Both the position numbers and the translations under genes were made by a program. This document shows, piece after piece, positions 41,222 through 54,417 of a stretch of DNA of 64,000 nt. Every line of letters begins with the position of its first letter. The first letter of the stretch is position 1. A model generated the notes under the pieces. It searched no databases and was not told the origin of the DNA. It saw nothing but the letters and a program-made list of their open reading frames with translations. Origin of the DNA: Curvularia clavata (lineage: Eukaryota); NCBI GenBank assembly GCA_023920165.1, contig CP089281.1, forward strand, positions 620,001-684,000, in the 5' to 3' direction.

Positions 41222-44063
41222 TCCTTCAAAATGATACGACAGCGACGTGATAGACTGGATTCAGTCGCGGTAGAGGCAGATTGTTAAGCACAAAGGGCAA
41301 GAATAGAGAGGATATGAGAAAGCCACACGGAACGGAAAGGTTGGCGTCCCGGACTGGACAGGGCCGGGAAGGGAAGGGCCAATGACGGGGTGAGCGAAGA
41401 TCTACCCCGTTGCAGTGCAGGGGGCAGAGGGCGTGGTTGTTTGGCGAAGAGCACACATGTGCGAGTCGGTGGTGCCAATAGAAGAATGGGGTCATGGCAG
41501 TTATGCAGGCGTCTGAATGAGTGCACAAGCGTCCTGAAGCGAACACGAGCGGTACCGTCTCTGGTCTCGTCCTACCTGTCATTGGAATTACATGAGAGGA
41601 AAGTTAGTCAGATACGCTTTACCATGCCAGGCCTAGCGCTCACGTCGCTTGAGCACGCCCTCTCTGTGCCCCATGACGCATCGACAACCACGACTCAACC
41701 CTGGTCAGACCGTTTTGACGGCTCTTGCGCGCGGTCCAGAGTGGGCAAGAGAAGGTGGTGCTTCCTTGAGAACGACAATCTGTACCTGAGCACAGCCTGT
41801 CTGACCGGCACATACTTGCCGGGACGAGGTACGAAACGTAGCGTGGTTTTGGCAGAGTCGGTCCGATCGAAAAACAAGAGCCAGGACGGATGATGAGATG
41901 GAAGGAACCGCGACGTGGGATGGGATGGCATGAGCCAGTATAGTCGCCACTATACTCTGAGCAGGATACCGCAATAGAGTTTGGGTAAGCCGTCTGGTGC
42001 GCTATCATGAGCGTTAGACCACTGTCAGACACAAGCCAAGTTTACTTGGAAACCGCGTTAAGACCCGAGTAATGCTAATGCTTCATCGGCCCAGCATCAC
42101 TGGTCGTCTCAGGCCAGGTGCGTGCGTGCCGCCGTGGGTGCGTCAACGTTCGTTACTCCAATGTCCCTTGGAGGGGCGCACGTGTGGGTGGGAGTGAGAC
42201 CAAAACGTACGACAAGTGGCACGACGATTTACGATTTTTCCCCCCAATATGATTATCCCACCGGGAGATGATCGTTGGACCTAATGCTTCACTTCTACAA
42301 GTTTCCCGCCGCTTGTTCTGGGAACGGGAAGGCTTTTTTGGGGGCCAACCAAAGAAAGAGAAGGAAAAAAACTCCGTCGTTTATCTCATTTTGGTGCCAA
42401 GGCCACCCCGAGATCGCGTCCTGAATCCCATGGGCCCCTACTCAGTACAGACTGGGCACTCTGCTCATACTACCTCACCCCAGAATGCGTTCACCCAATC
42501 GATGCGCGCGTCTAGAATACCAAGGTGCACGACTTTCCCACGAGGGCTTACCCGTCCACCACACAATGGGATAGTCAGGGTTCTTCCGCCCAACCAAGGA
42601 GCGGAAAACTCGACAAGGCTCCCTTACCCAGCCACCCCCATCTCCCATCGCCCTAGCCCCCGCCTGTCAGTGATCTTACTTCGGAGGCAGCTTTTGCGAA
42701 TCTTGCTAAAAAAAATTTAAACCAGCAAGACCAGCAAGGAAGTGAGAAGGAAAAGCGCTCCGACGTTAGACGGGCCGACCCCAGACAGAAGGAGAGATAA
42801 ACCTTGAGACACCTTTCCCAGCGTGAACCGTGCAACTGGTATCCAAAGGGGGGACAGTGACAGCCCTGTTGAAGCCCAATGAGTGCGAGTCAGGGATGTG
42901 TTGCATGTTGAAGCGTCGCGTGGCATACGCCATCACAACGTGTTTCGTGACTTGGACACCATCGCAGGCGGCTTTGGCATTAGCCTGCGCGTTAGTGTCC
43001 CTGACATGGTTGCTGCACTATACCTTTACCGTGTCTCGCCAGTTCACAATAGTCATGCACATGTGATGGATTTTGAAAACATTTTGAACGCGTGTACATT
43101 TGGGACTAGTTAGTCCATCGCTTGCACTAGTTGCCTTCCCTCACACATACCAAATCCACTCTGTCGGGTCTTTCCCTTGCCTTTGCGACATTTTGCCTCT
43201 CTTCCTTCAGTGTCGGCAAGCTCCGAGAGCCCTCGTACTCGCAATAACAATGTACCGGGATCACCGTGACCATGCAGCTGCACACTGCTTTGCGGAGAGC
43301 GCGGAAGCAGCACAGCCGCACTCGCTTTTGATCACCATGCTGCCACCACCACCACCATGTCAAACCAGGATCGTAGAAGCTCCAGCTTGCCAGGCCCCAA
43401 CCATCAACCATGTTGGTCCCAAGAAATTCCCAAGCAAAGCACCTACTTAGTCTGGGCCATAGCAGTTTTGTAATCTTCATGTTCGAGAAGGCTGACCCGT
43501 GCCCTGAACGTGGTAATAGTTGCAGGTACTGCCCTTGCTGCGCCATCTCCAACATGGTATTGCGTTACGACCGCTTCATCCATCTGACGAATGGCGACCG
43601 TCTCGACTTGCCACTCACGCACATGGCTGAGCGTATTCCACGAGCACGTGCGATGACTACCGTCTCATCCTTACGCACCGGAAAGACTACCGGAAGATTG
43701 TCATTCATTGACCGTGGGACAAGGCTGAATTCCATCCATGAATCGAATAACATGAGTCGTACATATGTAGGATTCCAGTGCTAGACCCCGGTACCGGATG
43801 CGTTTGGTAGCTTTTGACAGGTCGCTTGGATTTTTGATCCATTTTGATCCATTTGGTCCATTTTCTATGTGTTGTTGCTTGGCCAAGCTTGGGTCACTCA
43901 AAAATTCTTGGGTCGTGGTTCTTCCGTATGAAAAAAAAAACTGAACACAAAATTGAAATGGGCCAAAACTAACCCCTACTACCAAATATACATGGGCCTG
44001 TGGGCTGGAACAAGGAAAAACATATGCCCTTGAGTTCATGCTCTGCTCTGGGCGTCCAAAAAT

Positions 44064-46403
44064 CTATTGCTTGTACATCATGGGGTCGACAGGGTAGTTC
44101 TGAATGGAGAACCTGGGATCGTATCCTGTCGCATTAACGCCCATCTGGTGGTTTTGCATGTGGCTGTGCGAAGTGGGAATCTGCATGTTGCTGTGTCCGA
44201 CAATTTGCGACCGTGACTGTGACATAGGCGCTTCGTATGGACCAGGTGTTGTCGAGGTGCTTCTGTTGGCATTGCTCGAGGAATGTGACGTACTGTGTGA
44301 AGAATTGTATAGTGACAGATCGCCAACGTGGGTGGTGGGGGGTGGGATCATGGATTGCTGAGTCGTGTTGAAGGGGAGTTGGGCACCAGTTTGGGCGGCC
44401 AGCCGTCGAATGAGATCGTTGGAATGGTACGAGGGTGAAGATGAGGCGGGACTCGCCGAGAAATCCTCGGCGACATTGGAGGGAAGCGTCCCCGAGCCAG
44501 TAGCATTAAGGCCGAGCGTCGATGCGGGAACCGTCTGGGGGAGGTTTAGGGATCGGGGAAGCGGTAAATTGGGCAGGACTTCTGAGAGTTTGGCCAGTAG
44601 GAGAGGAAGGTATCGAGACTGTCCGCCGCGAAGTGTCGAGATGAGGGTCAGGAATCGCGATACGTAGTCGCGAGGGCCTAGGGCAAAGGCGTCTGGAGAG
44701 AAAGTTGTGCAAGCAACCACATCCGTCAGACAACAGGCTATGTCGAATAATTTCTCGATCTGCAATACTGTTAGCTAATGACTGCGCTGACAGATAAGGT
44801 AAAACGTTGCAGGGTAGGATGTGCAGGGACGACAAGGGGAGGGGGCTAAGCTAGTCAGGGCGTGGACGTCAGAGATAGACGTTGGTTAGCGCGGGTCTAG
44901 TAAGATCGTAATATGACAGGGATCTCAGCACGAGACGGAGGGGCTGGAGCGGGGATGAACTCCAATGTTACGACAGATGCAAGGGAACTGAGTATACTCA
45001 CCAAGCCGACGCCGTGTATTTCCATGGATTGCTGTGAGAATTGGTGCGAAATTGTGAGGAGATCGCGGGCAATCTCAATCGGGTACTTGAATGTGAGGGG
45101 GATGTCATTCGAGACGCTGCTGACGAGCCCTTGGCAGACACTGAGCTGCCAGGTCTGTGACCTCAGCCATTGCTGAGTGATGCGAATTTGCACTTCTTGT
45201 GCTTCGCTGCATTCGAAATATGCCGGCACGGCTTCCGAGAGCTGAGTCTGCACCTGGGTTATCCATGCAGCGCTCACATGTGTGTTGTGCACCCGATTCC
45301 AGAGGTTGATGTAAGTGTCGTCAATGATCTTGAACATGTTGATCATGAGTTCCAGTCCAACGGCAATTGGTCGGTCCGAGGGTACTTCTTCTAACGTCGG
45401 AGGGTGGATGGTGGGGTGTAATGTGATGGGCCGGTGTTTGTGTAGAGCGTATGTCCTATGGAGTCGTCAGAATACGGGCAATGCAAAGTATGGCGCGTAC
45501 AAACGCCTGTGATTGACCTACCGCTCAGCAATGAACAAGAGCCAGTATAGGACGCGCTTTCGTGACACGTCCAAAGGATCATGCTTGTAGGTTTCCTCAT
45601 CATGCATACCCAACAGTTGCGCGTGTGTTGTAGCCTCCCGGAGATATGTCCAGGCTGTGTTCTCCCGTGCCAGTCCAAAGTAGCAACCACTGTAAAACCA
45701 TGAGGTTAGCACACTTGTGTGAGTGGGATTCTCGCGATGATCGTAGCCCTGTCGCACGCGCACCGATTCTTCCAAAAGTATGTGGCCAACACCGACGTTT
45801 GACATGTGAGCCATCTCGGGGCGAGGCAATACGCTGACTGGCGGTTTGTGGTTGGCCTGAATCATGACGTATGCACAAAGTGCAACTATCATGCAGTATG
45901 ATTCTGTTGAGCGGTCCATGCCAACTGCTGCTTCCTGCGCTCTTTGGCGGTGCAGGACCGGCTCTGTGGGGTAGACATGAGTGAAGAAATATTCTATACA
46001 GCTCTCGACGAGAGCGGGGGGTAATAGGCCCTGAGTGCGAGCAAATGTCCCTGGGAGTGAGCGTCCGTCGAAGCCGAGATCGGTTGGGAATCCAGCGGCA
46101 AGCTGGGCATTGCGCTGGGTTTCGCGGAGTTCAGAGAGGACTTTGGCGCGACTGCCCTTGGGGCCTTTCTTTTGTGGGATCGCATTGTACGTGCATGCCA
46201 GACCAGCCGAAACACAATTCTTGCAAGGAGCAGTGCCTTCACCGATACACTTGACTTTTCTTCGGTGGCAGCTACAAAATAGACGGTGTAAGTGGTGAGG
46301 CCGTCAAAAGAGAGAGGTGTGTGCGAGTGTGTGAGTGTGTCGACAGTACGTACCTATCGCAGGCTCGCTTGACCGGAGCAGTCGAGGTAGGATTGGAAGC
46401 CAT
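44064..46403 (-). CDS. Pf2: Zn2Cys6 transcription factor of the Pf2/COL-26/BglR/ART1 (AmyR-related) clade; introns 46272-46353, 45456-45521, 44760-45001
   Basis: Spliced zinc cluster KRACDSCHRRKVKCIGEGTAPCKNCVSAGLACTYNAIPQKKGPKGSRAKV is characteristic of this clade. Middle domain RKRVLYWLLFIAERTYAL, then IEKLFDIACCL and a Ser/Gln-rich C-terminus. Confidence 0.85.
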
Positions 46404-49400
46404 GAGGGAGTGACAAGCTAGTGTGGGAACGTCTCGTCATCTACTTGATGAGGAATGCAGTCGCCGAGCGGATCCGCTGGTTCCTTTTAGTACAACAGAC
46501 ATGTTGCGCCTACATTCGGGGAGATACCGTAGAAGGTTCCTTGTGTCATTGTGCTTGAATGAACGCTCATTCGCACCTGGTTAACCTGGACGATTGAAAA
46601 GCCCAAGCGTCGAAAGTGCATATTAGACTCAACTAGTTAGCATCACTGGACCAGCCGGGATGGGGCTGGAGGGTTGCGAGTCCAATGACCTAGCATGGAG
46701 AAGCGGCCTGAGTCCCTGGTTCCACGGACTGGGGAAAGAGTCTGCAGGGCAGCGCGTCGGAAGTCGGTCTAACGCTTACCACACGGCCGTAGGCCATGGG
46801 GCTTAGGCGGTCTGCTGGCTGGACCTTGCTTGGAGAAACATCCCAGGCTGACCGCTGTGCATGCGGCAGCGATGGCACGGTCGGTTCCTGCCAGCGACGG
46901 GAGCTTCATGTTAGTGTGATTTTAGGGCGGCCTGTAACTGGCCGAGGTTGCCCCGCTGGGCAAGTAACCCGTAATGGATGGCCCTGGGTTGTTGCGATAT
47001 TTTTCCCGAACATCGAGAGGCTCATGTCCAGGTATCAAAAAGGTGCTATGCCCCCTCGGCTGGTGTTCAGTGCAGCTTGGTACCTGTACGAACAGAAAAA
47101 TAAACAGCTGACTTCTCACCGGCGGGAAGCCACGGTCACAGTCTCATTTCGCGGTTGGGCGTCAGACACTGCGCAAGTGCCTAACAAGAAACATAGGCTG
47201 AAGTTAGAACTGACCACCATGGTCCCTGACTGACGAAGCGACGCTGCTTGGGCAGCGTCCGTAGAATGGGAGACACGCGGGACGATGGCGCCGACAACGC
47301 CTGCTCCATTCGAGTAGGTACTGTGTGGCGACATGGGTCGATAGTTGCCGCAGCTGTCGTCATGCAACCCAACAATTCGACTGAGCTCAAAGCACCTGAC
47401 ATAGATAGAGGTGGAACTCGAGAGTAGCCATGAATCGAATATGTATCAGATGAGGAGTCTTCAGCGAGGCGCAGCTGTCGACTTGTCTTGTTGGTAGAAG
47501 CTCGGGAAAGATCCTTGATTGGCGGTAGCGAGCGGGAAGGGAGCCTCCCAGAGACGCTGCATTCCGTTTCTAGTTGTCGTCGAACATTGTATCTGTCTGT
47601 ACGGGACAGCGAGCCCAAAGAGGTCGGTCACGCCGCTGCAGCGACGTCCTCATAACTTATATCCTCTTCCTTAAAGGGCCTTCTGCGGACTCCACCATCC
47701 GATCGAGACATTCAAGCTTCCGAGATGCTGCCGGCAGCCATCAAAATTGGTACAGGACCGTTACGACCACGAATGAGAGACGCTGGACCCGCCTCCATCA
47801 GTAGTGCTACCACCGTCCGGTTACGTTTACGCTAGACGCCACGGCGAATAGAATGAGCGAAAGAAGCGACGAAGGCAGCAAAGCTCGTGTTGTGTGTACA
47901 GACAATGGTGTTGAGGCTTTGTAGATCCGGGGAACCGATGATATGTACTTGAGCTTTGGTTGCGCCTGCCTCGCTAGCGGCTGCATCCGTGGTAAGATTC
48001 GTGATGCTTGGCGTGGGTGCTCCGCGGAGCCCAACCTCACTTGTTTCCTACTACATACATATTGAACCCTCGACCTTGCTGCTCGACCCAAGGGGATACA
48101 CCCATGGCTTGCTTGGGCGGCCAGATGCAGCGTACATACACAAATTGCTCCGACTTCATGCAACGGCTATCGTCCCGCATGGCCACAGCTTGCTCAAACA
48201 ACGTCTCGAAAATGCCATTGATCGCCTTAAAATAGACGACTGATGTGCTGTAAAGACATGCTTTGTTCTCGGCCGCATTATGTGGCTTCCTTCTCCTCCA
48301 TCTTGGTGTCATTTTGAGCTCAGATAGTTGGCCCCTTTCATAGGGAGTCATATGGACCAGCCACAGCAATTTAACTGATCTCTGTAGGGCTCGTGACACG
48401 TGCTGTCTCAGGTATATCAATTTCAGTTGTACGTACAACCGACAGTAACCAACATCCCCTTACGGGTGTATGCTCCAGAATTCTTGGGAAGTGAGTCATT
48501 CAGATCAAACAGTCACACAAATAGTACTGTCAGGGGCTAGCCTGGATCTAAAAAAACCCCAACATGGAAACAGACTCACACAGACACATGTAACAAGCTG
48601 ACCAGTGTAGCAATATAAACTGAGTTGAGAAAATTTGCGCAAGACGCTATCCCAGACGTGCTAAATTTTTCGTCCGCCACATAACCTTCCGGTCCACCCG
48701 CCAAAGGCCATGATGTATGGGAACGCTATTGCGCCCGACGAACTCAATTCCTTTATTGCCTTTTCACATGAAAGCAGCAAACCCTTGGTTGTCATTGTAT
48801 ACGTCATGATCGTACCATGATGTCCCTGCACGAGTACGCGTCGTTCACCGCTCAAAAAGTAACCGGAACTGCTCCCTGATCTCCGGCACGACTACGCCAT
48901 GATCCCGGTTACTTGTTGCACTTGTACAATATGGCAACACCTTGCTATGCCACTCCAAGGCAACCCAGAACCCAGAGTGACTGGTGAGATATTTCATGGG
49001 TAAACGATCATGGACAATTATAGCGGTAAACATCATAGGAAATAGCAACTACGATACCCACAGTAGATCCCTTGTTCCTAGCTGGTTACGACAACACATA
49101 GGGCATGTTGGATTGAGAATAGAGTACTCCCACGTCCTTTACTCGTCTGACTTCAAGCAAGATGAACGTTTACAGTTTTTATCCCACCTGTGCATAAGGC
49201 AAACTCCCAAGAGGGGTCCAAGAAGAGCGTATGTAACAACATTTTAAATCTGAAGAGAAGACGGATTTATCTCATTGAGAATCGAATCAAAACCTTGAAA
49301 GAACGGTAGACCATCATGAACCCAGACAAAAAAAAAGTGAGGTGGAAGACAACAAAATGCCAAACAGCTTTCTTGGAACCACAAGATCATGTTCAAAGAA

Positions 49401-50018
49401 CCAACACCTCAGAACAAAGGACTTGTAACTATTCGACTAAGAATACAGCAAGACATTAACAGGATGCTAAGAATCAACACACAAGTTTCAGATAGTTGCT
49501 AGAAAATAGACCGAACGCCCCAACGACAAGGGATAAACAACTTGACAAAGTACATGTCGACACATCCAACCAACCTCTTAACCCGTTATCAAAGGAAAAG
49601 CAGCCCCGCCTTAACCAACCAAGTGACCCAACCCATGTATCTACTTGAAGAGCCGAGAAGCCTGTATCTATCTATCGTCTTTCAAAGCAAGTAGTTTCTT
49701 CTGGTATATCACTATCACCACACCTCAACACACAAACAATAACACATGAATATCTTTCGCAGCGCAAAAAAACCAATGGTATTTTGTACATATCATAAAA
49801 GCAGTTGCTAATCTCAATCTATGGACGTTTGCGCAATTGGCGCTATTTTGTAAACAACGCTGAAAAATTCATGGTACTATGCTCACAAAACGACAAAATC
49901 CTTTACTCACTGAAATACTTGGATACATACATATACTCATGACGCCGGAAGACAGATGCAGGTTTCCAAACTACATGCTCCCATTCCTTTCATCTCGTGT
50001 TTCATGGCAAAATCAACA

Positions 50019-52464
50019 TTATGAAAACTCAACACGGCTTCCGCCTAGCCTGGCCTGTTTGGCTTGGGCTCTTTCGGCCCTCCGTCTACGCCGGTTGGAG
50101 TCGTAGTTGCTGAGGTCCGTCTCGGTGCCGTGGACTTGAGTACCTGGAGGGCTACTCAGGACAGTGTCATTGGGGATCGGGGGAGGTGAGAGATTGCTGG
50201 GCCCAGCACCTTGGTCGTGGCCAAAGGCTGGGGGCGGGCCAGGAGGTGGCGGAATTGTAGGCTCGGGCATGCGTAGAGTGCCCGAGTTAGGCAGAGGGGG
50301 TGGGGGAGGTATGCCGGCTTGCTGCGCCATCTCCTGCGCCTGCGCATGTTCCATAGCTTCTGTCCTACGCCAGCGATCACCTCCAATACCACTCAGTGAA
50401 CTGACACTTCCGGCGCGGTTCTTACGCTGGCGATCTCTCTTTCTTGCCTCTCGCTCTGCCGCCGCCTCCTCTTCATTGAGTCGTCGCAAAGTGACATGGC
50501 GTCCGTCATTGTGCATCTTGACCTTGACGGACACGGGGGGAGACGCTACGTCATCTCTACTACCCCGACGTCGATGATGGGACTTGGAAGGCGAGCCTCC
50601 CGCGGTAACACTACCTCCAGCTGCGCCGTCTGCGGTGCGACGCCGTTGATGATGACGGCCTCCAGGTGAGTCGTAAGCTTCTGACCCAGAGTCTGACAAT
50701 ACACTATAAACGCCAGCCCGAGGGGGTCGGTTAGGGTTTACTGAGGGTGTGACGGTGGATTCCACAGGCGGGCGTGCTACAGAGGGTGTAATGCCGGTCA
50801 TGTCGCTGTCTGAAAGTATAGTCGATGGAGGTCTAGCGCCTCTGCGCGGAGGTGTCCCGTCACCAGTGTACTTTTTACGGCGTTGGCTGTTCATACGAGC
50901 GATGCGCTCTTCTTCTATATCCTGCTCTCTCATTTCTTCAACATGCTCGTCTTCCCTCTTCCTGCTGCGTTTGCTCAAAGAGTGCTTGAGGAAGCCAAAC
51001 ACACCGAGGGTAGCAACTCCTTCCTTCAGCCCATATGAACGATCCTTTGGCCTCATGTCGGTCTCATCGCTGAAGCTTGTCCGGCTGTCGAAAGAGTCTA
51101 TGGATGTCACACTTCTGGTTGGGCGATGGTTCGATCGCAGGTTGCTTCCAGTCATTGCCGACACTTGCGTATCCCGTTCCTCAACGCGGCGCCAGTCGTC
51201 ACGGCGATGTGCTGGAGATGCAGGAGCGCGTCCTTCTTCGAGCCTGGAGATATCGGTCTGAGTAACTTCGGAAGGACCCAATGGGCGGCTGTAGCTGAAA
51301 TCGCTTCCTGTCTCGGTCGGAGGGTGCTTTGGCTTACGAGCGAACAGCTTTTTGACGGCGAAAATGCCTCCCACGGCAGCTCCTGCTCCCAAAATTCGGT
51401 CCTTCCAAGCGCTTCCCTTCCTGCGGTCATCACCATACTTCTCGTCGCTCAAGTAAGACTCTGTGAAGTCGGAAGCGGTGACACGAGAGCGCGAATCCCT
51501 TCGGGAGCTCAGGACGGTTCCGCCATGTCGACTGCGAGTGCGGCTTCGAGATGTTCTTGAACCCAGTGCAGCTAGGCCTGCTCCAGCTGCACCAGCTGCA
51601 GCGAGCTTTCCCGCTCCTGGACCCCTGCTTCGGCGACTACGTCTAGTGCTGTACGAGCGATCGGTTATATAAGTGCTACGATCGTCAAAGTCCAGCTCTG
51701 GCTGGCTCCTGTACGAGAGGACAAAGTAGAGTATCACAAGGATGAAGGTCCAAACCGCGAAGAGGATGAACAGAACCAACGGTGAACCGTACAACGTTAG
51801 ACCTAGTGGGACCTGCGCAATTCCAAGCAGCGCAATAGCTCGTCCCAACCATTGATGAATCTGCGGGTGTTAGCGATGGTCATACTGGTGAAAATGCTGT
51901 GCATACCATGAGTGTTAAAGGAATCTTGTACCTCTCCTTGCCTTTCTCAAGCCTGTGGATGACTGAGCCACCAAAAGCTTGGACAAGCACGAGGGTGTAT
52001 AGAGCTACGCCAATACCGTGATGCGGGTTAGTCAGAGATCTCTCGAGACCAACGGCTTGGAAGGCGCAGACAATGGCAGCAGTCGAGAGAAGTACTGCCG
52101 AGACCTGCAGCCAGATGTGGAATCGCAATGCAGTGCGGGGGTTCCGATGGTAGAAACTGGCCATGAAGATGGCGGCTGGGATGATGAACAAGAAGGTAAT
52201 GGCTGCTAGTACGCCGTGAGCGGTAATGAGAGGCTTGTAACTGGCCATGTTACGAAAGCGATTTCCCATGCCTAAGAGGTCAGCTTGGTTAACAGATCAA
52301 ACGGCATATTTGTGCGTACCATTCAAGCGCATCGTCTCAAAGTTCAGACCCTGCAGATTGGGGAGCAGAAACGTGTTGCGCTGCGAATCCCATGTTCCGT
52401 CGCCGACATTCATGGTGCCTGAAGAGTAGGCACTGGTGCCCGGATCTGAAATACCGCTCGACAT
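50019..52464 (-). CDS. Membrane protein with N-terminal cytochrome b561-like domain and long disordered C-terminus; introns 52272-52319 and 51861-51906
   Basis: Spaced His residues in TM helices (AHGVL, FHIWLQ, PHHGIG, IHQWLG) fit a b561-like fold. Canonical introns link ORFs 52297-52557, 51880-52269 and 50019-51848. Confidence 0.78.
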
Positions 52465-53268
52465 GATGGTGGTAGGTTCAGGCTGGATTAGAAGGCGCAA
52501 TACTCGGAGGCGGTCGTGACGCTGAAAGCAAAAGCCGTCGAGTATGGACGGCTTCAACGTCCAAAAAATACCAGGTTGTCGCTAAACAATGCAGGCATAC
52601 AGCAGCAATGAACAGGAAGCAAATTCTCGTGACGTCGTTAGAGGCGTAAGGGGCGCGAGGGAAAGCTTCGCGTGGTCAAAATGCGGAGGCTGGTCGAGGC
52701 CTGACGAGGTGAGTTCTGAGCGTGTCCGGGTGGACAGCTCTCCGTAGTGGGGGAGACGTCAGCTCGTGTCGCTGTAGTCTTGGACGTCGAGAGCGCACAA
52801 GGGTCTCCGAGGATGGGGTTCACAAAGTCTCCTCTGTGCAGGTGTCCTGGGACATGGGAAGCGGTAGCCAGCTCAACGAGGCCGGCGGACCTAGCCGCAG
52901 CTATGTTTATGAGTTTTTTTGGCCAGGCAACGTAATCGATAGGTCCGTAGCGGTGAGTGGCTGGGGTTGGCCAATCACCGCGCGCCCAACCCCTGCCCCA
53001 GCCGCCTAATTACTATTTGGGGCTAATCCGCAGTTCCCGAGGCTCATTGGATCCTTGGGCCGCGATGCGCTGGCAGTGAGGCGAGCCACTCCCATGATGT
53101 ACTTGGTCTGCAGGGTCGCGACAGCCGTTCGCAAGCTGCGTTATTAGCAGCAGCATAGCTCGTTCAAATTCGTCATTGAAAAAAATAGTGGTATCTCGAG
53201 TCCTCCCTTGTTCCCACACTCCCAAAACGCCGATAGTCGTCCCACTCACGCTTAGGTCTCCAGCATCA

Positions 53269-54180
53269 TCACTCCACCTCCAGCATTTCCCTTAGCGCCT
53301 TTTCAGATGCGCGGAGCCATCGCCCTCTCTCCTCCAGCTCGTCTCCAATTCCACCGCCTTCTTCCTTCCGTCTCTGTGCTTCTTTGGCCGCCGCAACAGT
53401 CCCTTGCCTCTGCGTCTCCAGTGGTCGCAGTTCACGCTCCAGCTTCTCCAGGTCCCTGCCTCGGTTCGGAATAGCAGCCTGGAGACTAGCAATCTGCGCG
53501 TTGAGGGCTGCGAGCTCCGCCTCTCGTTCGCTTAGTACTCGTTGAGTCTCAGGAAGTGGAAGAGAGAGCTCGGGATTCGTCGACACTGGTGTTTGTTCGT
53601 GCTTCAACCGTTCAATGCTTTCCTCCAGGCCTGCGATTTCCGCGGGGAGCGATTCCAGCTGCTGCGTGCGTAATTGCACTCCCTCATAACGTGTTGCAAG
53701 GTCTTTGCCTTTCTCTTCCAACTGCTTCAAGATCTCTGCAACTTCCAACTTGCGCTCCTTGAGCCTTGCTTTCAGCTCCAATATCTCCTTCTCCTTCTCA
53801 TCGTTCTCGTGAGCGTCCACGAGGCGGGGCGGGTTTTCGGTGATGCTGCGCAAGAACTTTTCTTTGGTGACTTGTTCGACGTAACTGAAGCGGAGTTTGC
53901 TGAACAGTTCCTGCGGATGCCATTAGAACTAGGCCCGGATACGCTTCCAAGTGTTGCATACTTTGTAATGTATCAAATCCGCCTCGAGTGCTGCTGGGTG
54001 TGTGTCGCTGTTCTGTTCGCTATCCTCAGATGCTGCCGAATTACGCTTTTTCCCTGTCTGAGGGAGATCTTTTGGAGCCAACGTCTCGGCGATGGCTAGA
54101 AGCTTTAACGATTGCGACTGCTGGAGCTGTTCCAGCGCCGATTCTGGTGTCGGCGCCGAGGATTTTCTTTTAGGGCCCAT
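53269..54180 (-). CDS. sos7: Probable kinetochore protein Sos7/Kre28-like coiled-coil protein; intron 53911-53961
   Basis: Spliced motif LEADLIHYK|ELFSKLRFSYVEQVTKEKFLRSI followed by a long coiled coil. Confidence 0.7.
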
Positions 54181-54417
54181 GTTGTCTACTACCTGCTGTG
54201 TTGTGGAGTTCAAAAGAGTTCAAATGTTTGTTTTGGTGACAGTCGCGCCAGCACCAAGGGCTGGCTTCCCCGCGGCAGTTACCGCATGTAGCCTAGGTCG
54301 ATCCGACACGCAGACAGCGGTGTAACGATTGCATGTGTATTCCCATCTCCCAGCTGTTCGGGAGCTTGATCTTCAACAAGTCTCGCTTCTTGTTGTTCGC
54401 ATGCTATACCGCCAGTC

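Noticed and set aside
41890..41960. C/D box snoRNA (ATGATGA..CTGA)
   Set aside because: The would-be guide next to box D is locked in a perfect hairpin and there is no terminal stem.
37746..44063. Telomerase RNA, RNase P/MRP, SRP or snRNA in the long ORF-less interval
   Set aside because: No TAACCCTAA/TTAGGGTTA template on either strand (nearest is CTAACCCCTA at ~43969). GAAGTCCCGG at ~39146 lacks a downstream P4 partner. No snRNA signatures seen.
44760..45001. Stwintron (nested intron) in the long Pf2 intron
   Set aside because: No internal acceptor is followed by bases that would rebuild a donor.
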